Below, in pieces: positions 54,527 through 64,000 of a DNA stretch of 64,000 bases. Source of the DNA: a virus (taxonomy: Duplodnaviria; Caudoviricetes); the IMG/VR virus record IMGVR_UViG_3300034104_001590, positions 129-64,128 of that record. One strand, written 5' to 3'. Made by a program: the position numbers and the translations under genes. Numbering within the stretch: position 1 is the first letter of the stretch; the number at the start of each line of letters is the position of its first letter. The notes below the pieces were generated by a model, which saw only the letters and a list, made by a program, of their open reading frames with translations, searched no databases and had not been told where the DNA came from.

Positions 54527-55050
54527 AAGATAAAGAAGTAAAAGAAGTTAACTTAGACACCGTTCACTTACTTCGTAGTGTAATGAAAATATCTTCAGCC
54601 CTCAACGATCTAGACGCAATAGTAGATCAAAAGAAATACCATAAGTTTAGATTCAAGCAGCAAGCAGATAGATGGGCTAAGTTTATGGAGCTACACACAG
54701 CACAGCTTATGAGTTCATTAGTGGAAGAAGATTCTACTTTACTTATGGAGATATACAATTCAATTGAAGAGTCTACTGACAAAGTTCAAATGGATACGCC
54801 AGAGAAAACATCTCTTATCATTTTCTATTGTAAATTGTCTAGCGCATTATACGATATTGATAAGATGGTTGATAATAGAAGAACATTCTACCCTATGTTT
54901 ATAGAACATCACACCAAGAATGTATTGAAAGAATTACAGAAGCAATACAAATCAATATTAGATGTAATCGATTCGGAAGGAAGACCAGTGTCTCACATTG
55001 TCGATTTTTTTAATAACTTTGGTGAAAGAATAATGAGATACGATAATTAA
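54523..55050 (+). CDS. Hypothetical protein
   Basis: Intact, coupled ORF. Confidence 0.55.
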   Translation: MKDKEVKEVNLDTVHLLRSVMKISSALNDLDAIVDQKKYHKFRFKQQADRWAKFMELHTAQLMSSLVEEDSTLLMEIYNSIEESTDKVQMDTPEKTSLIIFYCKLSSALYDIDKMVDNRRTFYPMFIEHHTKNVLKELQKQYKSILDVIDSEGRPVSHIVDFFNNFGERIMRYDN

Positions 55051-55226
55051 TGGAATTTACAGATATGCTTCACATAGTAATATGTTTAATAATGGTGATT
55101 GTCTGCGGAGCCTTTTCGGTAAACCTAACTGGTTACTATGAATTGGATATGCAAACAAAACTTATTAGAAGTGTATTTTTCATTATAGCAGTTATCTGTT
55201 CTATAATTATCGGAACAATCATCTAA
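55050..55226 (+). CDS. Small membrane protein (58 aa)
   Basis: TAATG coupling; two hydrophobic segments. Confidence 0.5.
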   Translation: MEFTDMLHIVICLIMVIVCGAFSVNLTGYYELDMQTKLIRSVFFIIAVICSIIIGTII

Positions 55227-55253
55227 CATTAGGTTCACCTAAAAACAAACAAA

Positions 55254-55589
55254 ATGAATTTAGAGGATAAAACTCCTTGGGAAGCTTGGATACTATTGTC
55301 TGGTAACGCATTAACAAATGGCCCTCTAGATAAAATTGCTGAACTAGCTGTCTCAAGTTACAACCTTAAAACAAAGGACAGATTCGAAGAATGTATGGAT
55401 AGAAAACACTGTTTTATAATGTGGTGGGATAAAAACAGAAGTAGATTCATTAAGTATTCTACAGTAACAAGCTTAGCTAAATTACTTGATATGAATCACT
55501 CGACTATAATCCATCACATGAGAAGAAGAAAGAAATCATTTCGATTCAATGATAATGTCAAGTGTTTAGTAGACTTTCTAACAAGTTAA
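55254..55589 (+). CDS. HTH protein resembling the DnaA C-terminal domain
   Basis: TVTSLAKLLDMNHSTIIH resembles the DHSTVIH motif. Confidence 0.5.
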   Translation: MNLEDKTPWEAWILLSGNALTNGPLDKIAELAVSSYNLKTKDRFEECMDRKHCFIMWWDKNRSRFIKYSTVTSLAKLLDMNHSTIIHHMRRRKKSFRFNDNVKCLVDFLTS

Positions 55590-55593
55590 CACT

Positions 55594-56010
55594 ATGAAAT
55601 ATAAACATTTAGAAGCGGAGCTAGATAAGATATTCGGCCCGTTTGCAGAAGAACGTACCTTAATTTTAAATGCAATAAAGAAAGATGAAGAGCTAGCAAA
55701 CAGCATAACATCTGGAGATGATGCATCTAAAATAATTAATATCTTCAACGAAATATTCCAAAAGAAATCTCGTGTAATGACTAAGAAAGTCCTTAATAGA
55801 TACAAGGAGATACTTAAATACTTTACCCTAGAGGATATTAAATCAGCAATGGAATCAGCTAAAGATGATGACTTCCATACAGAAAACTCATATAAATACT
55901 GCACCGTTGAATACTTTTCTAGAATGGAGCAGATAGATAAATGGTTGAATGTTACCAAAGAAGAGAAGAAATCAGATTTTATAATGCCAACATTTAATGT
56001 AAGAAGATAA
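55594..56010 (+). CDS. Putative replication initiator/helicase loader
   Basis: IINIFNEIFQK...FTLEDIKSAM...VEYFSR...IDKWLN, immediately upstream of DnaB. Confidence 0.6.
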   Translation: MKYKHLEAELDKIFGPFAEERTLILNAIKKDEELANSITSGDDASKIINIFNEIFQKKSRVMTKKVLNRYKEILKYFTLEDIKSAMESAKDDDFHTENSYKYCTVEYFSRMEQIDKWLNVTKEEKKSDFIMPTFNVRR

Positions 56011-56011
56011 G

Positions 56012-57409
56012 ATGGATAAGATACAATTACGTTCAGAACAATTAGTAATAAACTCCATCCTTACAGAACCTACTTGTATCCATAAAGTTATGGCTAGAGT
56101 CAACATTGATATGTTTGAGCTACCTATGCACAAGCTCATATTCGAAAACATAACCAATTTATACCTCGACCAAAAGCCAATAAACTTAATTAGCGTCTAT
56201 AAAAGCATTCAGCAAGATAAGTCAATGTATTCTAAGACAGCTGTAGCTGAGTTATCAGGACTACACGCTATGTTTCATTCACAAGAAAGAAACGAACTAG
56301 AAAGCGCAATACTTGTGCTAACAGCAGAAAGCATTAGACACGAACACATTGAACTAGGAAATAAGATTATACAACTATCCAATTCACAATCCTACGATCC
56401 ACAAAAAGCATTAGAGATAATACAATCTCATATCTCAGACAATAAATTCAAGACTCTTCTAAACAAAAAAGAATTTACTAATGAAGACCTATTGACTGAG
56501 CTTGATAAGCGTATGGCTGATGCCGCTACACACCAAGGTATTAGTGGGATAGAAACTGGATACAAAAGATTCGACCTAGTTACATCGGGTATGCATCCAA
56601 CAAACTTTATTATTATAGCTGCTCGGCCTGCGATGGGTAAGACACAATATGCCCTAGGTATGATGAGACACGCTTCTATAAAGAACAATAAGATTGGATT
56701 GTTTATCTCGTGCGAAATGGATGAAGTTCAAGTTATGAAGAGAATCATTGCTGTTGATAGTGGAATCCCTGGATACCACATAAAGCGTGGTAATCTAAAA
56801 ACAGATGAAGTTATGCGATACGAGAAGTCACGCAAACGTATCATAGACTCAAATCTACGCATTGTAGCAGGTTCTTTTACTATCTCTGATGTGTTATCAT
56901 TGATTTACAAAATGAAGCACTCTGAGGGCCTAGATTACGTTGTTGTGGATTACATTCAGAAGATTAGTTCTCCTGGTGCTCAAAATAGAACGAATGAAGT
57001 AGGTGATGTATCTCGCAGACTAAAGGACTTAGCAAATGAATTAAAGATTCCAATCGTTGCATTGGCTCAGTTGTCTAGAGCTGTTGAACATAGAAATGAT
57101 AAAAAGCCTATGCTATCTGACTTGAGAGAATCTGGTGATATAGAACAAGACGCTGATATTGTTATGTTCTTATATAGAGCAGGATACTATATGGATGTCA
57201 ATGAAAGGGAAACCAATCCAATGGCAGATGATGGATACGCAATTATTGCAAAGCATAGAGATGGTGAGTTAGAGGATATTCAATTGAAGTTTGATTCTAA
57301 CATTCCTGCTTGGAAGAATCCCGATGACAGAGATGACCACATAGAAGTATATCAACAAACTCAATTAAAACCAAATTATGATTTTGATTGGGATAAACCT
57401 TTTGGATAA
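56012..57409 (+). CDS. dnaB: Replicative DnaB-family helicase
   Basis: AARPAMGKT, VVDYIQ, LAQLSRAVE and DLRESGDIEQDAD motifs. Confidence 0.95.
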   Translation: MDKIQLRSEQLVINSILTEPTCIHKVMARVNIDMFELPMHKLIFENITNLYLDQKPINLISVYKSIQQDKSMYSKTAVAELSGLHAMFHSQERNELESAILVLTAESIRHEHIELGNKIIQLSNSQSYDPQKALEIIQSHISDNKFKTLLNKKEFTNEDLLTELDKRMADAATHQGISGIETGYKRFDLVTSGMHPTNFIIIAARPAMGKTQYALGMMRHASIKNNKIGLFISCEMDEVQVMKRIIAVDSGIPGYHIKRGNLKTDEVMRYEKSRKRIIDSNLRIVAGSFTISDVLSLIYKMKHSEGLDYVVVDYIQKISSPGAQNRTNEVGDVSRRLKDLANELKIPIVALAQLSRAVEHRNDKKPMLSDLRESGDIEQDADIVMFLYRAGYYMDVNERETNPMADDGYAIIAKHRDGELEDIQLKFDSNIPAWKNPDDRDDHIEVYQQTQLKPNYDFDWDKPFG

Positions 57410-57429
57410 TAATTTTAAACAAATAAACT

Positions 57430-57882
57430 ATGACAAGAGAAGAAAGATGTCAATTAGCTATTAAAAGAGGATTTAGCTACGATGCTCAAACTGGAGACAT
57501 ATTTAATAGATACGGCAAAAAATCAAAGCCAAACAAATCAAATGGATACCATGAAATTTGTATCACTGTAAATAAAAAATCATTTAAAATTCAAGGCCAT
57601 CAATTTGCTTGGTATTATGAATATAGAGATTGTGTAGCTGAATTAGATCATATTAATGGTTTAAGACACGACAACAGAATTTGCAATCTAAGACCTGTAA
57701 CTCACCAGCAAAATAGTTGGAATAGAGTAAATGCTAAAGGATACTATATGATTAAAGGTAGAGATAGATATAGGGCTGAAATAAAATTAAATAATAAAAA
57801 GATTTATTTAGGCTTTTATAAAACAGAACAAGAGGCAAGGAAAGCATATCTACAAGCAAAAGAAATTTATCATAAAATATAA
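57430..57882 (+). CDS. HNH homing endonuclease with AP2-like domain
   Basis: LDHINGLRHDNRICNLR; YLGFYKTEQEARKAY. Confidence 0.88.
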   Translation: MTREERCQLAIKRGFSYDAQTGDIFNRYGKKSKPNKSNGYHEICITVNKKSFKIQGHQFAWYYEYRDCVAELDHINGLRHDNRICNLRPVTHQQNSWNRVNAKGYYMIKGRDRYRAEIKLNNKKIYLGFYKTEQEARKAYLQAKEIYHKI

Positions 57883-57910
57883 TTAAAAAATAATAAGAAA
57901 AATAGAAGAA

Positions 57911-58132
57911 ATGAAAATAACAATTGAATTTAAAGATGAAAATGCCGCAGAAGATGCAAAATTAGCATTAGATGGATGGCAATATAGAGCTGCAATCTGG
58001 GAGTTAGATCAACACTTGAGGGGTGAAATTAAGTATAATGAAAAACTTTCTGGTGAAGTGATGAAAGCTTATGAAGGTTTAAGAGATAAAATTCGAGAGA
58101 TTTTATCTGATAATAACCTAACAATGGAATAG
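57911..58132 (+). CDS. Hypothetical protein
   Basis: WELDQHLR...KY pattern common in phages. Confidence 0.6.
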   Translation: MKITIEFKDENAAEDAKLALDGWQYRAAIWELDQHLRGEIKYNEKLSGEVMKAYEGLRDKIREILSDNNLTME

Positions 58133-58133
58133 G

Positions 58134-58313
58134 ATGAAGAAAAAAATAAGTTCTTATCAGAAGATGAAAGATAAGTATCAAGCACAAATAAATGAAATTA
58201 CTAACGATATAATTACATTAGTAGAAGAAAAAGATTTTGTTAAAACACATCAAGTAAAAATGAAATGGCAAACAATGATTAATATTGATAAATCTATGTG
58301 GGCTGGAAAATAA
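58134..58313 (+). CDS. Hypothetical protein (59 aa)
   Basis: Open frame 1 nt after the upstream stop. Confidence 0.45.
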   Translation: MKKKISSYQKMKDKYQAQINEITNDIITLVEEKDFVKTHQVKMKWQTMINIDKSMWAGK

Positions 58314-58441
58314 AATTAAAATGAAGAATAGAAAGAAACCAAATGGATTTCAAACAGTCCACGATAAATACTACCATCGTAACACATTAAAGTTCGTTAG
58401 AAGGATAATGAAACACTTTAAATCATATAGAAACGAAGAAG

Positions 58442-58747
58442 ATGGAAACTGAAAAGCCACAGCCTAAAGTTTATATTGCAGATGTAGTAGTAGAAGCTAA
58501 GATACCTGGAAGAAGCACTAAAAACAAAACATACGATATAAGAACGTTTAGATTGAATCAACATCCATTTACTATGGTTGACGGAGATATTGCGACAGAG
58601 AGGCAGAAAAAGCGGTTATATAAAGCTATATACGATAGATTCATACATAAAGGAGATTATAACGAGGTTATATTTAAGTTAAAAGAGATAAGTAACATAA
58701 AATTTATGTCAACATTATCGTATAGGTTTGACTATGAAAAAGATTAA
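58442..58747 (+). CDS. Hypothetical protein
   Basis: Intact ORF. Confidence 0.55.
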   Translation: METEKPQPKVYIADVVVEAKIPGRSTKNKTYDIRTFRLNQHPFTMVDGDIATERQKKRLYKAIYDRFIHKGDYNEVIFKLKEISNIKFMSTLSYRFDYEKD

Positions 58748-58750
58748 TTT

Positions 58751-58758
58751 TATATTTG
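58751..58758 (+). promoter_or_regulatory. -7 promoter element (TATATTTG)
   Basis: TAnnTTTG 14 nt before the ATG at 58772. Confidence 0.6.
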
Positions 58759-58771
58759 TAAAAAGGATTCA

Positions 58772-59383
58772 ATGGAAAAACAAATTTTAAGTGTAGTAAA
58801 GTTTCAAGAAGCATTCGGAATTAAAACTCCGACACAGCCAAAGATGCTTTCAAAGAAAAGAACATTGCTTAGACAAAGACTCTTAGAAGAAGAAGTTAAA
58901 GAACTGAGGGATGCCAAAAACATTTTAGAAGTAGCTGATGCCCTATGTGACATTATGTATATTACAATAGGAACAGCTCACGAATACGGATTATCAGATA
59001 GATTCGTTATGCTATTCGATGAAGTTCACTCTTCTAATATGACTAAGTTCCAGGATGGGAAAGCTATCTTTAGAGAAGATGGTAAAGTAATGAAGCCAGA
59101 AACTTATAGAGAGCCCAACCTTCGACCAATCATTGAAAGAGATTTCAGTATGTATAAAAACAGCGACCTAGCTAAAGAGATAGCCGAGATAGAAGCTAAG
59201 AAGACATCTGAGCTCATAAAGACAAAGATTAAATCAAAGCTTAACATATTTGATAAGTTCATTTTCTGGTTATATAATAAGTTGGAATTGAACCTAAGCA
59301 AGAAAGTTGAAGTAATATATCCTCAGAGAGTTCACGATGATATTACAATCAGGATATACGATCAAGATCATTGCATAAGGTAA
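58772..59383 (+). CDS. MazG-like nucleoside triphosphate pyrophosphohydrolase
   Basis: LLEEEVKEL, VADALCDIMY, EVHSSNMTK and DGKVMKP motifs. Confidence 0.85.
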   Translation: MEKQILSVVKFQEAFGIKTPTQPKMLSKKRTLLRQRLLEEEVKELRDAKNILEVADALCDIMYITIGTAHEYGLSDRFVMLFDEVHSSNMTKFQDGKAIFREDGKVMKPETYREPNLRPIIERDFSMYKNSDLAKEIAEIEAKKTSELIKTKIKSKLNIFDKFIFWLYNKLELNLSKKVEVIYPQRVHDDITIRIYDQDHCIR

Positions 59384-59751
59384 ATAAATATGGTAATAAA
59401 AAGATTGAGTCAAATAATTTAAAGTTTGATTCAAAGTTGGAGTTCTTCTGTTACGGACTTCTAACTGCGGCAGAAATTAAATTCGACTTTCAAGAAAAAA
59501 TAACACTTATAGATAAGTTCACCTATAATGATGAGAAAATAAGGGCAACAACAATAGTAGTAGATTTCGTGTTACATTTAAAAGGAAGAACAGTCTACTT
59601 AGATACAAAGGGTTTACCTACGCCTGTGTCGATACTTAAATATAAGATGCTTAAACATCACTTGAAAGATGAATTATTTACTGATGTAGTTTGGGTTAGG
59701 ACTCAGAAAGAAACTCGTGAATATGTAAATAGTTTAATTAAAGAAAAGTAA
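59371..59751 (+). CDS. DUF1064-like PD-(D/E)XK endonuclease
   Basis: NKYGNKK...KFDSKLE, VVDF and DTKG motifs. Confidence 0.8.
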   Translation: MHKVNKYGNKKIESNNLKFDSKLEFFCYGLLTAAEIKFDFQEKITLIDKFTYNDEKIRATTIVVDFVLHLKGRTVYLDTKGLPTPVSILKYKMLKHHLKDELFTDVVWVRTQKETREYVNSLIKEK

Positions 59752-59752
59752 A

Positions 59753-60166
59753 ATGAACATTAACAAAGTAATTTTGGCTGGGCGAGTAGGCACAGTAGAA
59801 GTAAAAGAATTTGCAACTGGAAAAATAATAGTCCAGATTAGTTTAGCTACAACAGATGGCTATAAGAAAAATGATGAATGGGTTAACACAACTGAATGGC
59901 ATAGACTTATCTTTGCTATGCCTAATTTAGCAGAGAAAGCTAAATCAATTGGTAAAGGTGATGTAATTTATGTTGAAGGATCTATTAACACAAACGAATG
60001 GACAACTAAGGAAGGAGAAAAGAAACAAATCAAAGAAATTTCTTGCACTTCCTTTAAAACATTCGCTAAAGCAAAAGGAGAACCTAAGGAATTTAATCAA
60101 CCTAAGACAACAGTAAGTCAATCAATATCTAAACCAGCTGTTGAGGATGATAACATTCCATTTTGA
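59753..60166 (+). CDS. ssb: Single-stranded DNA-binding protein
   Basis: INKVILAGRVG, TEWHR, GDVIYVEG; acidic tail DDNIPF. Confidence 0.95.
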   Translation: MNINKVILAGRVGTVEVKEFATGKIIVQISLATTDGYKKNDEWVNTTEWHRLIFAMPNLAEKAKSIGKGDVIYVEGSINTNEWTTKEGEKKQIKEISCTSFKTFAKAKGEPKEFNQPKTTVSQSISKPAVEDDNIPF

Positions 60167-60182
60167 TAACTAATTAATTAAC

Positions 60183-60205
60183 AGGGAGTTAATAGCTCCC
60201 TTTTT
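60183..60205 (+). terminator. Intrinsic terminator after ssb
   Basis: AGGGAG/CTCCCT stem plus T-run. Confidence 0.7.
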
Positions 60206-60213
60206 ATTTTATT

Positions 60214-60405
60214 ATGAAAGACTTTTTATCATATATGCTATCTTGGATTAGTCAGAACTTGGCTATTCCATTCTGGACAATAGGACACATACACTTAGGT
60301 CTTAACATCTACGAAGATGTATATGAGATAATTGCTTCAGCAGGAATGAACATACTCGTTGGTATTGGATTCATAAACGATTACATAAAACAAAAAAATG
60401 GATAA
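60214..60405 (+). CDS. Small putative membrane protein
   Basis: Hydrophobic 63 aa. Confidence 0.5.
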   Translation: MKDFLSYMLSWISQNLAIPFWTIGHIHLGLNIYEDVYEIIASAGMNILVGIGFINDYIKQKNG

Positions 60406-60631
60406 GTATACATTAGATATTACACCACAAGATATTGGTGAAATGATTGAGATGATTAGAGTTCAGTATCTTAGAATACACGCTGAACCTTTTGCTCAAA
60501 AAATAAAAGTAAAAGAGAAATTACTTCTCACTACCGAAGAAGGTAGAGGGCCTCACGGAATCCTCCTACTTAAAAAAGTAAATGATACGTTTAAAAACGT
60601 TAGAGTGAAACTATTGGTAGAGATTGATTAA
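60398..60631 (+). CDS. Putative XRE-like HTH protein
   Basis: IGEMIEMIR...FAQKIKV...TEEGR pattern. Confidence 0.45.
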   Translation: MDKYTLDITPQDIGEMIEMIRVQYLRIHAEPFAQKIKVKEKLLLTTEEGRGPHGILLLKKVNDTFKNVRVKLLVEID

Positions 60632-60765
60632 CGGCCTTGACCGATATTTCTCTTCTTATAAAGCTTAGAAGTTTTAATCTTGCTAGTTTTTTTCTTAGCG
60701 TGAACACCTGGTCTTTTTTTCTTAGGTGTTTCTAATTTACCAATTGTAGATACTTGTTTTGCCAT
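60628..60765 (-). CDS. Small basic protein (45 aa)
   Basis: MAKQVS...KKRPGVHAKKKTSKIKTSKLYKKRNIGQGR; coupled. Confidence 0.6.
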   Translation of the reverse strand: MAKQVSTIGKLETPKKKRPGVHAKKKTSKIKTSKLYKKRNIGQGR

Positions 60766-61046
60766 TAGTTAAAGAATTGTCTTTTCTTATCTGCTCGATT
60801 CTTTGATTGAGATTGTTTCTTAGTTTTAGTCTTTGAAACATGGGCTTCATCCATACCATCTCCATTACCGTGCGTTCCCTTGTCTCTATTCAAAGCCTGT
60901 AATGCAGCTCTGTATTTCTTACGAGAAGGAGTAGAATGATACTCAGTATTATAAGCATCTTTCTTCTTCTTTGCATCTGGATTATCTTGGTAGTATTTAG
61001 CACTCTTAGATTTACCAGTCTTAGTACCAGCTAATCTATTTCTCAT
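60765..61046 (-). CDS. Basic hypothetical protein (possibly degenerate HNH-like)
   Basis: GNGDGMDEAH...SKNRA motif. Confidence 0.5.
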   Translation of the reverse strand: MRNRLAGTKTGKSKSAKYYQDNPDAKKKKDAYNTEYHSTPSRKKYRAALQALNRDKGTHGNGDGMDEAHVSKTKTKKQSQSKNRADKKRQFFN

Positions 61047-61357
61047 TTTCTTCTTCTAAAGTTTCTAGAAAAGATTTTAACAACCTTGTTGCCAATAGCT
61101 CTCAATACATTATTCTCAGCTTGAACTTCAGCTTTGATCTCCCCATTCTCCTCAGTTACTACAACATCAAGTTTGTCAGTATCTAAAGTAAATTCTTTCT
61201 TAGTCTCATCTTTCTTTACAGATGCTCTAACTTTCTTAGTCTTAACCTCTGAATCTACATTCTTCCCTTCTTTCTTTACTTTAACGCTAGCTTTCTTAGT
61301 TTTAACTTCTACTTCGAAGTCTTCAACTTTCTTTTTTCTACCCATTTTATTGTTCAT
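61043..61357 (-). CDS. Lys/Val/Glu-rich hypothetical protein
   Basis: Internal repeat EVKTKK; follows the endolysin. Confidence 0.5.
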   Translation of the reverse strand: MNNKMGRKKKVEDFEVEVKTKKASVKVKKEGKNVDSEVKTKKVRASVKKDETKKEFTLDTDKLDVVVTEENGEIKAEVQAENNVLRAIGNKVVKIFSRNFRRRK

Positions 61358-61865
61358 TAGTTGTTACTACTCCTTTAGGTTCTAATTTAACCTTTCTTAC
61401 ATTTGCAGGTTGTGCCACCTTCCAAGCTGTTCTACGTGCCTGGTTTAATCTTGACTTAGCAATACGTGAAACACTTACAGAATTGTTTTGGTTTCCACCT
61501 AATACATGATAATGTGTATTGTCTTCACCTACGTAAATTCCTACGTGACCTCCACCATTTCTTTTAAAAGTCAATATATCACCTAGCATTGGCTCATCTA
61601 CCTTATTGCCATACTTATTCCAGTTCAATGCCCATAGCGGTCTTTCAACTACTTGTAGACCTTGAGCGTGACAGCAATAAGCTACAAACAATCCACACCA
61701 AGGAATCTCATCATTGGTATAAACATTCTTCAATCCTGTAGCTTCAGCCCATCCAAGAATAACAGGGTTATGTGTAGGCCCTACAAACTCCTTAACGCCT
61801 AAATGCTTTACAGCTTCCACTAATAACTTAGGAGCTTTCTCTTCCTTTAACCAAGCGTAACTCAT
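61347..61865 (-). CDS. Putative endolysin, TIGR02594/CHAP-NlpC/P60-like
   Basis: DEIPWCGLFV, GGGHVGIY and VLGGNQ motifs; next to holin-like genes. Confidence 0.85.
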   Translation of the reverse strand: MSYAWLKEEKAPKLLVEAVKHLGVKEFVGPTHNPVILGWAEATGLKNVYTNDEIPWCGLFVAYCCHAQGLQVVERPLWALNWNKYGNKVDEPMLGDILTFKRNGGGHVGIYVGEDNTHYHVLGGNQNNSVSVSRIAKSRLNQARRTAWKVAQPANVRKVKLEPKGVVTTNEQ

Positions 61866-62089
61866 TTGTCTTCTGATTTAGAATCATCAACTGTTAATTG
61901 AGATACTGTAGCTATTGTAGCACTAACTGTTGCAACGTAAGTAGCTGTAGTAATCAATGCGGCTGGCAGTGCCACTGGTGCTGCTATAATTGCTCCTGCT
62001 ACTGCTCCAGCAATGATAGCCCATCTTTGTGCTCTCTTCCAAAATTTAGGAGTCTTAGCATTCCATCTTTCTTTAAGTGTTTTTTCCAT
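61862..62089 (-). CDS. Putative holin-like membrane protein (start revised to 62089)
   Basis: ERWNAKTPKFWK followed by two hydrophobic segments. Confidence 0.55.
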   Translation of the reverse strand: MEKTLKERWNAKTPKFWKRAQRWAIIAGAVAGAIIAAPVALPAALITTATYVATVSATIATVSQLTVDDSKSEDK

Positions 62090-62618
62090 TTTTATTTGGT
62101 GTTTTAGGTTCATCCTTTACAAACTTAGCTAAATAATTTAAAACTGGTATATATTCTGACCAACCTAATCTCTTGAAATTCTCTAAGTTAGATGCAAATA
62201 AATTAAGAATAACATAGTTGTAGAACAATCCATGCATCCATTCATATACATTAAAGTTATATCCTAATACACTTACCCCTTTTAAATTTAGGGCTAATGC
62301 GTGAGATACTCCGATCATTATCATATAAACAAATAACTTCAACCATCCCTTGCCAAATAACTCAGAATCAAATTTCTTGCCTTCTTTTCTAGAAGCAGTA
62401 AGACCAGTATAGAATTCAAGTATAAACAAAACAAGAATGCATATACCTACTACAGCTTCTATTCCAAAAATCAGATTGAAATAATAACCAATACTTGCTA
62501 AACAACCACTAAATCCTAGACCAGCTAGAGCAATTTTAGGGTGAAATGTACTATTCATAAAATGGGGTAAATCTTCATACCCTGCTGTCATTACAAATCT
62601 AGTAAGTATTGATTTCAT
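62073..62618 (-). CDS. Putative holin
   Basis: Several TM segments; EFYTGL and SNLENF pattern of the phage holin 4 type. Confidence 0.65.
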   Translation of the reverse strand: MKSILTRFVMTAGYEDLPHFMNSTFHPKIALAGLGFSGCLASIGYYFNLIFGIEAVVGICILVLFILEFYTGLTASRKEGKKFDSELFGKGWLKLFVYMIMIGVSHALALNLKGVSVLGYNFNVYEWMHGLFYNYVILNLFASNLENFKRLGWSEYIPVLNYLAKFVKDEPKTPNKNGKNT

Positions 62619-62623
62619 TTTTA

Positions 62624-62938
62624 TTATAATGTAAGATCTATAATAACTTCATATCCTTGTTGCTCATAAGCTATTTTAGCATACTTATGGGCGGTTTCTA
62701 ATGATTGTACTTCACCCTCTTCAAGATTAGCTTGATAATTTCCAATAGGAACATCAGTATAAAGTATTTTACCTTCTGCAAATGTTTCTGAATTAGCAAA
62801 TGTTGCTACTTCACCTTGAATTGTAGTACCAGAATAATCTCCTAGAAATCTAATTCTACCATAAATCTCTGCTAACTCAATATCTGTTCCTGAGATTGTA
62901 ATCTTTTTTTCTGCTGTTGCTTTAATTAAAATTGCCAT
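62624..62938 (-). CDS. Putative tail-fibre assembly/accessory protein
   Basis: 104 aa directly downstream of the tail fibre gene. Confidence 0.4.
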   Translation of the reverse strand: MAILIKATAEKKITISGTDIELAEIYGRIRFLGDYSGTTIQGEVATFANSETFAEGKILYTDVPIGNYQANLEEGEVQSLETAHKYAKIAYEQQGYEVIIDLTL

Positions 62939-62970
62939 AATATATATTTTTTTGTGTAAAGATAATAATT

Positions 62971-63993
62971 TTATGCTGGTGCAATAGTTGTAATCGTACC
63001 TGAACCTCCTCTAAATTTCAATGCTCCACCTTCAACATATAATTGACCAGCATTTGCTATTGTTGTTGCTGGTATAGTTCCATTATGAAGAGTTATTGTA
63101 TTAGTGGCATTTGCATCAAAATGAGTTCCTGATGTTAGTGTATTATTTGTTCTAAATACTAAATTACTATTTTGATTTACAAAAAATGATCTAGTTGTTC
63201 TATTTATATATACACTAAATGAATCACCAATATCTAAAGTTGCGCCAGTTGTTGTTGCATTTCCTATTGCATAAGCGTGATTAATAAAATTACCTCCTGT
63301 AAAATTGAATCCTAAAGCTATGCTATATCTTCCCGTATATCCACCAAAACTAATATCTGAACCTATTGCTATTGTTCTATCTGTTTGACCAGTTGTAGTT
63401 GATTGACCAATAACTATACATTTAGACACAGTATTAGTAGTAGTTGCAGAAGTACCAATTGCAATATTATGATTAACTGTAGCTGATGAAACACCACCAA
63501 CGCTTGCTCCATTACCAATAGCAATACCACTACCATTAGAAGCTGAACTTTTTCCAATTGCAATTGGATAACCAGAAAAACCACTATTAACAGCAGCGCT
63601 TTCACCGATAGATACAACAGTACCATTACCGCCAGAACCTGTTGTTACAGATGATCCTGATCCTAAAACGATATCACCAACACCATTTATATATCCTAAA
63701 TCTAAACTATTAGCACTATTTCTAATTCTAAAAGCTAAATCTGTTGTTAATGCACCTTGGGCTCTTACGTCAAGTCTAACATTTGAAGCTGGCGTTGCAC
63801 CTACTCCAAGCGTTGCATTAGCATTATCCCAAAATAAAGATGCTGATTGTTGTAATACATCTCCCGTTCCTTGAAAAAATACCCGACCAATAGTTCCTGA
63901 TGTTACTGCTGTTGTTCCTACTGTAATTCCAGTAGATATAGCTTTATTTTTCCAAAGTTGAGTAGCACTTTCATAAACTAAAGCATCATTGTT
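62971..63993 (-). CDS. Tail fibre protein, C-terminal part (continuation of 769..1)
   Basis: Frame checked open from 63993 to the TAA at 62971; IAIG beta-roll repeats; ends GQLYVEGGALKFRGGSGTITTIAPA. Confidence 0.75.
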   Translation of the reverse strand, partial: NNDALVYESATQLWKNKAISTGITVGTTAVTSGTIGRVFFQGTGDVLQQSASLFWDNANATLGVGATPASNVRLDVRAQGALTTDLAFRIRNSANSLDLGYINGVGDIVLGSGSSVTTGSGGNGTVVSIGESAAVNSGFSGYPIAIGKSSASNGSGIAIGNGASVGGVSSATVNHNIAIGTSATTTNTVSKCIVIGQSTTTGQTDRTIAIGSDISFGGYTGRYSIALGFNFTGGNFINHAYAIGNATTTGATLDIGDSFSVYINRTTRSFFVNQNSNLVFRTNNTLTSGTHFDANATNTITLHNGTIPATTIANAGQLYVEGGALKFRGGSGTITTIAPA

Positions 63994-64000
63994 AGCTAAT
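63993..64000. repeat. Terminal overlap TAGCTAAT identical to positions 1-8
   Basis: Exact match that restores the reading frame ...NSGTLA-NNDALVYES... Confidence 0.8.

Noticed and set aside
63414-63626. 70-aa hydrophobic ORF, and the separate 152-aa ORF at 62971-63429
   Set aside because: The first is an alternate frame; the second is the C-terminus of the junction-spanning fibre gene.
1-64000. Stop-codon reassignment as in some crAss-like phages
   Set aside because: Standard-code ORFs tile the genome densely, hallmark genes are intact, and TAG and TGA act as normal stops; no suppressor tRNA seen.

Overview
The window appears to hold a complete, circularly permuted ~63,992-bp genome of a tailed dsDNA phage. 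The last 8 nt repeat the first 8 nt, and a tail-fibre ORF reads in frame across the junction. The host is most likely a Bacteroidota member: about 20 TAnnTTTG (-7) promoter elements lie in intergenic gaps, and start codons have A-rich leaders without Shine-Dalgarno sequences. The minus strand (60.6-64 kb and 1-42 kb) carries lysis genes, tail fibres, Cys-rich tail proteins, four putative ejection proteins with a ferritin between them, a 1528-aa nozzle-like protein, three ring-like proteins, major capsid, scaffold, portal, three paralogous S74-chaperone fibres and the large terminase. This is a podovirus layout reminiscent of crAss-like phages. The plus strand (43-60.6 kb) carries small early genes, an amidoligase/class II glutamine amidotransferase pair and a replication/recombination block (Sak-like annealase, initiator, DnaB helicase, SSB, MazG-like enzyme). 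I found no DNA polymerase, RNA polymerase, integrase, tRNA or CRISPR array. The most unusual content is non-coding. (i) A tandem array of promoter-sRNA-terminator units lies at 40.46-40.89 kb; one unit is antisense to the start region of a phage regulator gene. (ii) Three sequence-divergent leaders share one kissing-loop/pseudoknot terminator architecture. (iii) A ~465-nt highly structured early leader has a boxA-like site and a tRNA-like 3' end. All protein calls are motif recognition by eye and all RNA structures are hand-paired; no database search or folding program was run.
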